This document shows positions 1-9,722 of a stretch of 61,849 bases of DNA, one piece after another (positions within the stretch are counted from its first letter, which is position 1; the number at the start of each line of letters is the position of its first letter). The stretch comes from an uncultured virus (IMG/VR IMGVR_UViG_3300034095_001075) (lineage: Duplodnaviria > Heunggongvirae > Uroviricota > Caudoviricetes). The DNA lies in IMG/VR virus record IMGVR_UViG_3300034095_001075, one strand, 5' to 3'. The notes beneath the pieces were generated by a model. The model saw nothing but the letters and a program-made list of their open reading frames with translations, did not search any database and was not told where the DNA came from. The position numbers and the translations under genes were made by a program.

Positions 1-1
1 A

Positions 2-3000
2 CCAACTGGCATTTCTTTCAACTTTAATGTTGGAATTGCTCCAGCAGCATGGAATGAAGCCAATGTAGGAACTACTACTGAATGGCCTGCAACATGGAAA
101 TTGAAATTTTCAGAAAATACAGCAGGATTTTATAATTATACCCCCACATCTACAGACGGGGATGATGCTGTACTTACTATGCAGAAAATTGGATTGTTTG
201 ATAATATAGTAAATATAAATGGAAAAATTTATATTTCAGATATTCAAAATTCTAGTCAATTCGTAAGTGGACCAAATGGAACTGCTAACAGAGTCCCATT
301 AACAAATTCTTCTGGACTTCTTGACAAGAAATTTACAAATAGAATAAGGACTACAGATTTTGCAGTAACTCCGAGTGTTGGTGATCTTGTAGTAGTTTCT
401 ACACTAACGGATGGTGATGCTCAGTATTCTCTTGGTATTGCAAATGGAATAGGAAGTTCCGATGTAATTGGAATAGTAGAATCTATTAGTGCAGCCGAAG
501 TTACTTTAGTTCTTTCTGGTGAATTTGCATTTGTTGGTGAGGCTTCTCTGAATGCTGGTTCTAAGTATTATCTTTCGCAAACACTTCCTGGCAAATTTGT
601 GGAGGAAGGAACTTACTCTAGCGGAATTATACGACCAGTATTTGTTGCTCTTACCTCAAGCACCGGAATTATTCTTGCATCGTCTTCTTCTGTTACTACT
701 GGTATTGGCTCTGTTACTGTAAATTATGGAGAAGGATCAGAAGAGACAATAAACATAGATTCTATAAACTATCCTTTAAGATTTGTAGCTGGAACAAACA
801 TAGGATTCAATGTAACCACTGATAATGAAATTGAAATTCGTACCACTGGTTTGGCTGGTACTCAAGATTTGTTCAAGACGATAAATGTTCCTTCTGGTGG
901 TCCTGTTGTTGCAGACAGTCCAACAGATATTTTGAATCTGACAAGTTCCACATTAACGATAACGGGAAATGCCGGATCTGATACAATAAATTTCGAAATA
1001 CCAAACACATTCAAGACATTCAAATTTAGTAGACCTGGGGCTTCGGATCTTACATACAATCCAGAGTCCACTACAGATACTCTACAATTCATTGCTGGAA
1101 ATGGTATATCGTTTACACAAAATACAGACGATTCTGTAATCATAACTTCTTCTTTGACTGGTTCTGTTAATGTTGAGGATATAGTATTTCCATCTGGATC
1201 TGGTTATGATATATTTGTTTCTGATTCTATGGGTGTTGGCACGGCAGTCAGTCTGAAAGGTTCGGAGTATCCTGGAGGGTTTGATGCAAACTGGAGCACC
1301 GTTAGTAATATTCTTGTACCGGGAAGATTTCTTTCTATCGATACAATAACTTACAATGAAGGAAATTACACTTTTAGCGGTACTGGTGAAGAATATTCCC
1401 TCGATTCATCATATCATGATGCTTTGCTTACTGAATATTATTTGCCGGATGAATTGGCTGGATTTATGGTAGGAAGAATCACTCCTTCTGCACTGGGGAC
1501 TTCGACTAATCCAAGTAACAGTATAACAAGATTAACAAGAAGAGATGTTAGATTTTTCTTAGGAATGAATCCAGAAGGATATATTGATTCTGTTAATAAT
1601 GTATTCAAGTCTTTTAGTATTAATGGTGGGGGTACCGTAACAGCAGGATCTAAATCTGGTAATATAGCATTTCAAGCAGGAACTGGTATTGAATTATCAA
1701 ATCCAACTCCAGGTACCAGCGATAAACTACTCATAACAAACACAGGTGTTGCACAAAATGCATTTTCACATGTTGTATTAAAGAACAGCAGTGGAACTAC
1801 AATAGATTCATATGATGCAAACACATCTGCTGATACATTCACACTAAAAGCCGGTACATTTGTTAAACTAGACACAGACACGAATAACGACACAGTAACA
1901 TTCGATTTAGATGTACCATATGACTATGCGTTGCTCGGAAACTCAGGAACAACAGATGGTATGGGAATTATAGATCTTTCCGGATCTCCTTCTTGCCTTG
2001 TAGGAAGAATTGGTGGAAGTCAAATTCAAGCAATAGACAACGATGAGTTGCGTTGGATTTCTACAACTGCTCCAGTTATGCCATTACCTTATTTTGGATT
2101 AGTTCGTGCAACAGACAATAGCACAGGTTCCTCCACGATAAAAAACCTAAATGCAAACACTGCTGGAAAATTGAATATTGCGCCTGGTAATAATGTTGTA
2201 TTCACTGTAGACGATACAACAAACACCATATCTATAAGTTCTTCTGGTACTGGAGAAACAAGCTCAAATCCATTCATCGGAAAGATAATTGAAAACAACA
2301 ATGAGTGGCCAGTTTCGTTCGCTGGTACTGATTTAAAGTTCTTTAATGGAACTGGTATTGCTTTTAGTTCAAGTGCCAACGCTCGAACCACCCAGATCAG
2401 TGCAAGTCTTGCGGTAATTGAACCACGGGCTTTGCTTGCTAATGCTTCTACTACAACAGCCGTTCCGACTGGACTATTGTTAGCTTCTTCTTCTGTATTG
2501 TTCTCTGACAGTACGCTAGGTTTGATCAGTCTTTTAGTATCTCCCCGTACAGTACAAGATATAACCAACTTAAATAGTTTAAAATCTAAATTAAATATTG
2601 GTCACTATAATGGTATATCAGTTCGAGACTCTTCTAATACTGAGACAACTCGTTTAGCAACTACTAATATTTCTGGTGATAAACTAATAATCAAACCCGG
2701 CACAAATATGATTATTACTGCTGCTGGTGGTAGTGACACGATAATTAGTGCCACTGGTCAAATAATATTTGTTAACGGATCAGGATCCTCCTGGACCGGC
2801 ACAATAACAGGTATGACTACTAATGTTGGATTGAATGTTGGTTCCAAAATTAAAGTAACAGCTGATGTTGGTTCTATAGGAGATGGTAATCCTGCGTATG
2901 GAAGTGTGACTGTAACAAGTATTCTTTCAAGCGGCACACAAATAACCTTTAGTAGTACTGTACAGCCAGTTGCTGGCACTGTGACAAATATACGCACAGA

Positions 3001-4165
3001 GTCTAACACAAGTGAAACTGGTGCTTTAACATTTGTTTCTAATACCGTACTTTCTACTGATACACTTCCTACTTTTATTAGTAAAGAATATACTGGTATT
3101 AGTGCTACAGGCACAGAAGTATTTTATGGAACTACTGGAAATAACACTAATCGTGTAATATTAAATACAACTAAACTAAACATAACGGACGCGGCTACGA
3201 CACCTGTAACTTCCGGTGTTTTACATAAAGAAATGATATCTGTATCTCCACTTGGACCAACTATATCAACTGCAACAGTTACCGCGGCCAGTGGTAGAAC
3301 ATCACAGAAGTATCTGGCTGGAGTCAATTTTGTAGAATCAATTTATGGAAATTCTTATAAGTTAAGAGTGCAAGATTATAATGGTACTACTGCACAACTT
3401 GGTGATCTGTCTCTGGAGGCTGATGTTGTTAATATCACAGCAACAAATAATATAAACTTTGCTGGTGTTGGTCCTTTTATTAATTTAGGCAACAAAACTA
3501 TAAACACTGGTAGTATTCAATTCAAATTAGCGACCAGTTCTGGCACAGAAATGGAGATATTGTGTAATAATGGGGTAAACAGTGGACAGTTTGCCAACTT
3601 TACTATGACAAATGCTACCACATTTAAGATCAATCTGAGTTCTGGTGCAGGCACTTCAGTTCTCACAACAACTGCTAATGGAACTGGTCAAACATTAACA
3701 TCAACTGGCACAATAACAATAAATGCAACTACTACATTCACTCCTGGTACTACTATAAACTTTACTAGTTGTACTGTAAATGGATTGCCAGCGGGCGCAG
3801 ATCATGCACTTACTCATCAATCAGTAACATCAGAAATTGATGATGCAGTCCCAACAGAACCAACAGGATCTGATGCGATATCAGCATGGCAAGTTGGTGC
3901 TGTTGCAAGAGCAGAGCCAGTCCTCCTAAATAAGATTGCAATAGCAATTTCTAGTGGATTTTATGATCAGTCTGTTGCTTTTAACGACACTCAGTTATAT
4001 GGAGCATCTGGTGGTGTTGCTTCTGCATACAGTACATTGTTCACTGCTGGTAATACAAATGTTGGTCCAATGTATGTGGTTCTTGCAAATGGTCAAGAAA
4101 GTAATTTGACATCTATTGAAGCGAAAGGTCCTCCCGGACAAATCATAATGATAAGGAAAGTATAA
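2..4165 (+). CDS. Very large Ser/Thr/Gly-rich virion structural protein (tail-fibre-like), 5'-truncated by window edge
   Basis: Frame is open from position 2 (PTGISFNFNVG...) into the listed TTG start at 101, so the true start lies upstream. Repeated module F(K/S)xxxV..G..V.AD...DTL.F.AG.GI; region VIGIVE..VTLVLSGEF..LNAGSKYYLS..PG is typical of phage virion proteins; lies just upstream of the neck genes. Confidence 0.65.
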   Translation, partial: PTGISFNFNVGIAPAAWNEANVGTTTEWPATWKLKFSENTAGFYNYTPTSTDGDDAVLTMQKIGLFDNIVNINGKIYISDIQNSSQFVSGPNGTANRVPLTNSSGLLDKKFTNRIRTTDFAVTPSVGDLVVVSTLTDGDAQYSLGIANGIGSSDVIGIVESISAAEVTLVLSGEFAFVGEASLNAGSKYYLSQTLPGKFVEEGTYSSGIIRPVFVALTSSTGIILASSSSVTTGIGSVTVNYGEGSEETINIDSINYPLRFVAGTNIGFNVTTDNEIEIRTTGLAGTQDLFKTINVPSGGPVVADSPTDILNLTSSTLTITGNAGSDTINFEIPNTFKTFKFSRPGASDLTYNPESTTDTLQFIAGNGISFTQNTDDSVIITSSLTGSVNVEDIVFPSGSGYDIFVSDSMGVGTAVSLKGSEYPGGFDANWSTVSNILVPGRFLSIDTITYNEGNYTFSGTGEEYSLDSSYHDALLTEYYLPDELAGFMVGRITPSALGTSTNPSNSITRLTRRDVRFFLGMNPEGYIDSVNNVFKSFSINGGGTVTAGSKSGNIAFQAGTGIELSNPTPGTSDKLLITNTGVAQNAFSHVVLKNSSGTTIDSYDANTSADTFTLKAGTFVKLDTDTNNDTVTFDLDVPYDYALLGNSGTTDGMGIIDLSGSPSCLVGRIGGSQIQAIDNDELRWISTTAPVMPLPYFGLVRATDNSTGSSTIKNLNANTAGKLNIAPGNNVVFTVDDTTNTISISSSGTGETSSNPFIGKIIENNNEWPVSFAGTDLKFFNGTGIAFSSSANARTTQISASLAVIEPRALLANASTTTAVPTGLLLASSSVLFSDSTLGLISLLVSPRTVQDITNLNSLKSKLNIGHYNGISVRDSSNTETTRLATTNISGDKLIIKPGTNMIITAAGGSDTIISATGQIIFVNGSGSSWTGTITGMTTNVGLNVGSKIKVTADVGSIGDGNPAYGSVTVTSILSSGTQITFSSTVQPVAGTVTNIRTESNTSETGALTFVSNTVLSTDTLPTFISKEYTGISATGTEVFYGTTGNNTNRVILNTTKLNITDAATTPVTSGVLHKEMISVSPLGPTISTATVTAASGRTSQKYLAGVNFVESIYGNSYKLRVQDYNGTTAQLGDLSLEADVVNITATNNINFAGVGPFINLGNKTINTGSIQFKLATSSGTEMEILCNNGVNSGQFANFTMTNATTFKINLSSGAGTSVLTTTANGTGQTLTSTGTITINATTTFTPGTTINFTSCTVNGLPAGADHALTHQSVTSEIDDAVPTEPTGSDAISAWQVGAVARAEPVLLNKIAIAISSGFYDQSVAFNDTQLYGASGGVASAYSTLFTAGNTNVGPMYVVLANGQESNLTSIEAKGPPGQIIMIRKV

Positions 4166-4166
4166 T

Positions 4167-6443
4167 ATGTTTGTAAGAGATGGTAATAGCAATCCTAGAG
4201 AGATAGCAAAAATATTTGTAAGAGATGCTGCCGGCAACCCGCAAGAGATTAGTAAAATCTATGTGCGGGATGCTGCTGGCAATCCAAAATTAGTTTTTGA
4301 TAATACTGTGATCATTGTTGAAAATTTTTGCCCAACATGCGGAAATACAATTTTTAGAATTGAACCTGTTGCACAACCCACCACAGCCACGGCAGGATTT
4401 AATCGCATAAGATTAACGAACGAAGGAACCAGTACATTTGTGGAATCCTCTATATCAACTGGACCTGCATTTGTCAATTCATATACAGTAGATAAAAATT
4501 ATTGGTCAAAGGTTGCCATTTCTAGTGAACACACATTTACAACAGAATTTGCAGGGGGGACTGGTGGATTTGTAGTTAACAATACTGGACCTACAAATCC
4601 TCCAAACAATGTTAGACAATTTGAGTTCCGCGCACCATTTAGTTTTAGCATTACTGTTCCTACGGAAGCAGATTATGAGTTATTACCTAAAGGAACATGG
4701 TATTGGAATAATATTAAAACTGGATTCGATACACTGATAAATTATCCAATATTGCCTGGACATATTATAGTAGATTGGAACACTTATACAATAAGAGATA
4801 CTCTTTTAGTAGTAATGAAAGATCCTCAAAGAACATTTACTAGTCATTGTGGGTCTCCTGTTGCTCCTGATAATTCTCAACCCCCTCGTGTGAGCGGATG
4901 TCCAGAAACTGGTGTAAGATCTAGTAGCATATACCCGTTTCATAACAGGACTATTATAACTAAAGTACAAGAATTTGATTCATCTAACATATTCTCGGCT
5001 AAGTGTGGACAAAATTATTGTTTTGATGTTTTTAGCACAATATTTAGTAGTGCAGCTTCTGAATGTTTCAACCAACGCTTGATACAGTATGTGGATCCTG
5101 CAGGAACCATAGTAACTGGAAATTGCACAGGTGGAATTGATGGTGCTGGTAGCACTGGTATTGGTAAGGTAGGAACAGATATTACATGTGATAGTGCTGT
5201 TTTTATCAATTGGGATGAGGCAACTGAAAATATTATTAATCCATTTAGTTTCATAGTAAACAAAGAAAATCACGGAACAGGCAGAACACTACCAACACAG
5301 CTCGCAAATGCTGCGGTACAAGATTGTTGCCCGTCAACATGTTACGGTCCTGTTCCAATGAAATTAACAGAGTTTCTAAGTGGAACCGAAAGTATTACTG
5401 CATGTAGACAAGTTTATCAAATACCTCCAATCAATACAATAAACACTGATGGAACTGATCGTCTTGGGTTTTTTGAAAACATTTATACATCTTTGTTGAT
5501 GGGAGCTGAAAGTATTGTAGGAACGCCAGGAATTGGTTCTGCAGCAAATATTAGAATTGTTTTACCATGTTATGTAACTCTTCACAGCGATTATACTAAT
5601 TCTATTGCTTATGTATTTCCACAACAATATGATACTTTTGTAAGAGGTGGTGCAGGACCAGCTCAACCAAATCTTCCGACGCAAACTAGAGAAGTGTCTG
5701 TATGGAATGCAATAAAGTCATTCTTCCCGTTTATTCCAGGAACGACCGGCGACATCTCACCACCAGCGAATAGAAGTTGGTTATCTTCAGTTCATTTTCA
5801 TTACAACGAAGATCGAACGGATACAGGATCTGTTGCTCCATTTAACAGAGCGCCTACTGGTATCAGTGCTAGTACTCCTAATGGATTCCCCGCTCTGCTG
5901 TGGAATATATCAGGATATCCTACACAAACCTCTACGCATTATATTGTATTTGAATTGCGGTTCGATGCCGATTCGCCATGTGTGTCTAATGCATTCAATA
6001 TAAATCAATTAAAAATACTAGAAAATCAAAAATTCTTTATTCTTGGTATGAGATTTTATCCAATAAAAAGAGCAGGATATGTTCATCCAATTTTTCAAGA
6101 TCACATAATACCTGCAACCGTTCAAGCTTTTGCAAATAATCCTAATAATGGTGGATTTATTGACTATTATGCTGGTAGCCTCGATCAAAATGCACCTACA
6201 ACGGATCAGGGTGGGTCTGGCTTGAATATAGGAACATGGTTTACCACAGATACAATACAAAATAATAGAATATCCGATACTGTAAGAACTATTTCGTTTA
6301 CGAGCCCGGTGAACGATCAAGGAAATGCACCATGTACCCCGGCCGGTAGTCTATGTACCAGAAATCATGCAATATCGTATCCTGCTATCGGTACAATGAA
6401 AAAGTTCTTAGCTAAATACTACCAGTTACCCATCAACACTTAA
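4167..6443 (+). CDS. Cys/Pro-rich putative virion protein (fibre-tip/adhesin-like) with three N-terminal 15-aa repeats
   Basis: 758-aa ORF starting 1 nt after the previous stop; N-terminus FVRDGNSNPREIAKI-FVRDAAGNPQEISKI-YVRDAAGNPKLVF; many Cys. Confidence 0.5.
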   Translation: MFVRDGNSNPREIAKIFVRDAAGNPQEISKIYVRDAAGNPKLVFDNTVIIVENFCPTCGNTIFRIEPVAQPTTATAGFNRIRLTNEGTSTFVESSISTGPAFVNSYTVDKNYWSKVAISSEHTFTTEFAGGTGGFVVNNTGPTNPPNNVRQFEFRAPFSFSITVPTEADYELLPKGTWYWNNIKTGFDTLINYPILPGHIIVDWNTYTIRDTLLVVMKDPQRTFTSHCGSPVAPDNSQPPRVSGCPETGVRSSSIYPFHNRTIITKVQEFDSSNIFSAKCGQNYCFDVFSTIFSSAASECFNQRLIQYVDPAGTIVTGNCTGGIDGAGSTGIGKVGTDITCDSAVFINWDEATENIINPFSFIVNKENHGTGRTLPTQLANAAVQDCCPSTCYGPVPMKLTEFLSGTESITACRQVYQIPPINTINTDGTDRLGFFENIYTSLLMGAESIVGTPGIGSAANIRIVLPCYVTLHSDYTNSIAYVFPQQYDTFVRGGAGPAQPNLPTQTREVSVWNAIKSFFPFIPGTTGDISPPANRSWLSSVHFHYNEDRTDTGSVAPFNRAPTGISASTPNGFPALLWNISGYPTQTSTHYIVFELRFDADSPCVSNAFNINQLKILENQKFFILGMRFYPIKRAGYVHPIFQDHIIPATVQAFANNPNNGGFIDYYAGSLDQNAPTTDQGGSGLNIGTWFTTDTIQNNRISDTVRTISFTSPVNDQGNAPCTPAGSLCTRNHAISYPAIGTMKKFLAKYYQLPINT
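4170..4298 (+). repeat. Three imperfect 45-bp coding tandem repeats
   Basis: tttgtaagagatg(g/c)t... unit recurring every 45 nt; encodes [FY]VRDxxxNP repeats. Confidence 0.75.
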
Positions 6444-6459
6444 ATTATAAGGAGAAATT

Positions 6460-6807
6460 ATGAAGGTTAAATTGATTGAAGTTTATAGTTCTGTCGCAAC
6501 TCTAAACAAACTAATAGAAGAGCCTCTGCCAGCCAGAGTGTCTTTTAAACTCATGAAGCTACTGAATCAACTAAATGCAGAAGTTAAGTTGGTTGAAGAT
6601 CAAAGACTTAAATTGGTGAAACAATATTCTGAAGATGGTTCTACTGTCTCAGACACCAATAAAGACTCATTTATCCAAGAATTTACTGAATTCTTAAATG
6701 ATGAGATTGATCTTGCCTGGGAACCAATAGAAATAGATGCATTAGGTGAAAATATCAAACTATCTGTCACAGATTTGTCTAAAATGCAATATTTGTTCTC
6801 AGAATAA
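6460..6807 (+). CDS. Hypothetical helical protein, possible fibre assembly chaperone
   Basis: Strong SD (aaggag) upstream; LP.+VSFKL.KLL.QL.AE..E.QR.KLVKQY pattern is common after phage fibre genes. Confidence 0.5.
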   Translation: MKVKLIEVYSSVATLNKLIEEPLPARVSFKLMKLLNQLNAEVKLVEDQRLKLVKQYSEDGSTVSDTNKDSFIQEFTEFLNDEIDLAWEPIEIDALGENIKLSVTDLSKMQYLFSE

Positions 6808-6832
6808 CTTAAAACAATAATACAAATAAAGG

Positions 6833-6871
6833 ATCTCCTTGATTTTATAAATAATGTAGAATCAAGGAGAT
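6833..6871 (+). promoter_or_regulatory. RBS-sequestering hairpin upstream of gp13 with a late promoter in its loop
   Basis: Perfect 12-bp inverted repeat atctccttgatt (6833-6844) / aatcaaggagat (6860-6871); the right arm contains the AAGGAGA SD of gp13. Confidence 0.75.
6846..6853 (+). promoter_or_regulatory. T4-type late promoter TATAAATA (gp13)
   Basis: Exact gp55 consensus in the intergenic gap before gp13. Confidence 0.8.
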
Positions 6872-6877
6872 TTTTAA

Positions 6878-7696
6878 ATGGCAAGACCTAATTCACGGGA
6901 AAAACTCAAAGACTACTGCCTGCGAAGGTTAGGCTATCCTGTTGTTCAAATAAATGTCGATGATGCTCAATTAGAGGATCGTATGGACGATGCACTCCAA
7001 TTCTTTGCAGAATATCATTTTGATGGCGTAGAGAGAGTTTATTTCAAGAAACAAGTAACACAAGAAGATATGGACAGAGGGTACATTGATTTAACACAAC
7101 CTACTGTAGAAAATACGGCAGATTATATTGTTGCTGCTCCTGCAATCGATCCAGATGGACAATCTATAATTAGTGTAATTAGATGCTTTCAATTGTTCGA
7201 TACTCTTGGTGGTCTTGGTATGTTTGATGCAAAATATCAAATGGCATTGAACGACATGTATGGGTTAAGAACAAACACATACGGAGATTCTCTCATAAGC
7301 TACAACATCACTCGTAGTCATATGCAGATGCTTCAGGATATGTTAACTCCCGAAAAGATGATCGATTTCAGTAGAGTTACAAATAGAATATATGTTGAAA
7401 CAAATTGGAAAGAGAAAATGACCAAAAGTCAATATCTCGTGTTCGAAGCATATAGAATTCTTGATCCAGGATTATATCCAGAGATCTACAATGATCGTCT
7501 GTTGAAAATGTATTATACCGCTTTGATCAAAGAACAATGGGGAATGAATCTTTCCAAGTTTACCGGAATGAGTTTACCTGGCGGAGTTTCGTTCAATGGT
7601 GCGAATATGGCATCAGAAGCAAAAGCAGAAGTAGATAAGATAGAAGAAGAGATCCAAAGCAAGTACGAACTACCACCACAAGGATTCATAGGTTAA
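6878..7696 (+). CDS. gp13: Neck protein gp13
   Basis: MARPNSREKLKDYCLRRLGYPVVQINVDDAQLEDR...FFAEYHFDG...LIKEQWGMNLSKF.GM.LPGGV; first gene of the T4-like neck-tail cluster. Confidence 0.95.
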   Translation: MARPNSREKLKDYCLRRLGYPVVQINVDDAQLEDRMDDALQFFAEYHFDGVERVYFKKQVTQEDMDRGYIDLTQPTVENTADYIVAAPAIDPDGQSIISVIRCFQLFDTLGGLGMFDAKYQMALNDMYGLRTNTYGDSLISYNITRSHMQMLQDMLTPEKMIDFSRVTNRIYVETNWKEKMTKSQYLVFEAYRILDPGLYPEIYNDRLLKMYYTALIKEQWGMNLSKFTGMSLPGGVSFNGANMASEAKAEVDKIEEEIQSKYELPPQGFIG

Positions 7697-7697
7697 T

Positions 7698-8414
7698 ATG
7701 GCATTAAATCCGTATTTCAATAATCACGATTATAAACCAACGCAAGATCTCATGGAAGATCTTGTTGAGGAATCTATCAAGATAAATGGAATAAATGTAT
7801 ATTACATTCCAAGACGATTTGTTGATTTGGATCAGATCTTTGGTGAAGATTCTTCTTCATTTTTCAAAGATGCAATTCAAATAGAAATGTATATGGATAA
7901 TTACTCTGGGTTTGCAGGTGAAAGAGAAATCATCTCCAAATTTGGATTGGAAATAAGAGACACCCTAAGTTTAGTTGTTTCCAAAAGAAGATTTCAAAAA
8001 GAATCTGCTAAATTTCCTGTGATGTCTGATAGACCAGTTCAGATATCAAATCCAATGGAAGGCGATCTAATTTGGTATCCTTTCACCAAAGCTCTGTTTG
8101 AAATCAAATTCGTAGACACCAAAGAAGTATTTTTCCAATTTGGCAAACTGTACACATATAAATTAGAATGCGAACTGTTCAAATATTCACACGAATCTTT
8201 GGATACTGGTATATCGGATATAGACGCAATTGAAGACGATATTAGCAAGAGTGTAGTGGAGAATCTCGATTACAATCAAGATGGTGTTGTAGATGATGTT
8301 ATCACATCCGATCAAGATTCTAGAGAAAGAAGCGATAATACTAGAATAGAGACAACTACTCGTGATCTTATAGATTTTAGAGAAATTGATCCATTCTCGG
8401 AGAACAAATATTAA
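7698..8414 (+). CDS. gp14: Neck protein gp14
   Basis: MALNPYF..Q.L.EDL..ESIKING..VYYIPR...SKFGLEIRD...PMEGDLIW.P...LFEIKFV...DF.E.DPFSE. Confidence 0.95.
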   Translation: MALNPYFNNHDYKPTQDLMEDLVEESIKINGINVYYIPRRFVDLDQIFGEDSSSFFKDAIQIEMYMDNYSGFAGEREIISKFGLEIRDTLSLVVSKRRFQKESAKFPVMSDRPVQISNPMEGDLIWYPFTKALFEIKFVDTKEVFFQFGKLYTYKLECELFKYSHESLDTGISDIDAIEDDISKSVVENLDYNQDGVVDDVITSDQDSRERSDNTRIETTTRDLIDFREIDPFSENKY

Positions 8415-9082
8415 TGTTTACTACTTTCTATCATGGTATGACAAAGAAATTGACAGCCGGCTTTGGCACGCTGTTCAATAACATGTATATCGAACGCGGT
8501 GAAAATACCACATACAAGAAAATTAAAGTTCCATTATCATATGCACCAAAAGAAAAAATGATGGAAAGAATTGGTCTTGAATTGGACAATCCTTCTGCTG
8601 CAGCAGTGCAACTGACTTTACCAAGAATGTCGTTCATGTTGACTGGTCTGGAATATGACACAGAAAGAAAACGCAACAGTTCTGGAAAACGGATGTCGGA
8701 GAAAACCCTACAGAATAGTGATATCATAATCAACTATCACTATAACGAAGTGCCATATAAATTGAACTTTTCGTTGTTTGTATATGCCAGAACAATGGAT
8801 GATGGATTGAAGATAATAGAACAAATCTTCCCATTCTTTACACCGGATTTTACTTTAACAATTAAACCGGGTATTCTTGCAGATTATTATGAAAAGGTAG
8901 ATGTTCCTGTCACTCTTATAGAAACAACAACAGATCAGCAGTTCGATGGTTCTTTCAAGGACGAAGCATCTAGAATGATAATTTGGGAATTGAAATTTGT
9001 GGTTAGAACATATTACTACGGTCCAGTAAATCAAGCCGGACTAATCAAAACGATGGATATCAACCTGTTCAATCTGGATTAA
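8414..9082 (+). CDS. gp15: Tail sheath stabiliser/terminator gp15 (short, 222 aa)
   Basis: FYH....FGTLFNN...IKVPLSYAPKEK...LPRMSF..TGLEYD.ERK...VPY.LNF.L...DDGL.IIEQI.PFF.P. Confidence 0.93.
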   Translation: MFTTFYHGMTKKLTAGFGTLFNNMYIERGENTTYKKIKVPLSYAPKEKMMERIGLELDNPSAAAVQLTLPRMSFMLTGLEYDTERKRNSSGKRMSEKTLQNSDIIINYHYNEVPYKLNFSLFVYARTMDDGLKIIEQIFPFFTPDFTLTIKPGILADYYEKVDVPVTLIETTTDQQFDGSFKDEASRMIIWELKFVVRTYYYGPVNQAGLIKTMDINLFNLD

Positions 9083-9085
9083 TAT

Positions 9086-9253
9086 ATGTCAAAGAAATTA
9101 GCAACAGTTCATGTAGAAGCCATTGTATATTCTAAAGATACAGATGGTGAATATATCCTAGATACTAATGACGACAAGATAGTAGAAAAGACCGGACTTG
9201 ATGTAGTTCCTTCGGATGATTATGATTACATCATAACAATAACAGAATATTAA
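9086..9253 (+). CDS. 55-aa acidic ORF in frame with gp15 (resembles the missing gp15 C-terminus); not in ORF track
   Basis: Manual translation MSKKLATVHVEAIVYSKDTDGEYILDTNDDKIVEKTGLDVVPSDDYDYIITITEY*; fills the gp15-gp16 gap in the same frame as gp15. Confidence 0.65.
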   Translation: MSKKLATVHVEAIVYSKDTDGEYILDTNDDKIVEKTGLDVVPSDDYDYIITITEY

Positions 9254-9263
9254 TGGATAAATT

Positions 9264-9722
9264 ATGTCATTTGATGAACTTGAAAAACAATTTAATATGG
9301 AAGCCAAACCAGAAACTAAAATTGTGAAAACTGCAACTATTGCAGAAGAACACAAAAAGAATGATCTGGATAAGGACTACGGTATAGTTCGAGAGAATCT
9401 TAAAGAACTGATACAAAAGGGTTCTCTAGCAATAGATGGTATTCTCAATCTTGCAAACGAAACAGAACAACCAAGAGCATATGAAGTTCTTGCTCAGCTG
9501 ATTAAAACAGTTGCCGATACAAATAAAGATTTGCTTAATATGCATAATCAAATGAAGACAATTAAAGGAGATCAAGCAGTTGCTCCTTCTGTTGGACAGA
9601 TTACTACTAACAATTCTATATTTGTCGGAAGCACGACAGATTTACAGAAACTGTTAAAAGGTAAGTTGAAAGAAATTGAGAAGTTAGAACATGATGGTGA
9701 TATTATAGATGTCGAACAATAA
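9264..9722 (+). CDS. gp16: Terminase small subunit gp16
   Basis: DY..VRENL.ELI.KG..AIDGIL.LA.E.EQPRAYEV.AQLIKTVAD.N..L...NNSIFVGSTTDLQKLLK; immediately before gp17. Confidence 0.93.
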   Translation: MSFDELEKQFNMEAKPETKIVKTATIAEEHKKNDLDKDYGIVRENLKELIQKGSLAIDGILNLANETEQPRAYEVLAQLIKTVADTNKDLLNMHNQMKTIKGDQAVAPSVGQITTNNSIFVGSTTDLQKLLKGKLKEIEKLEHDGDIIDVEQ

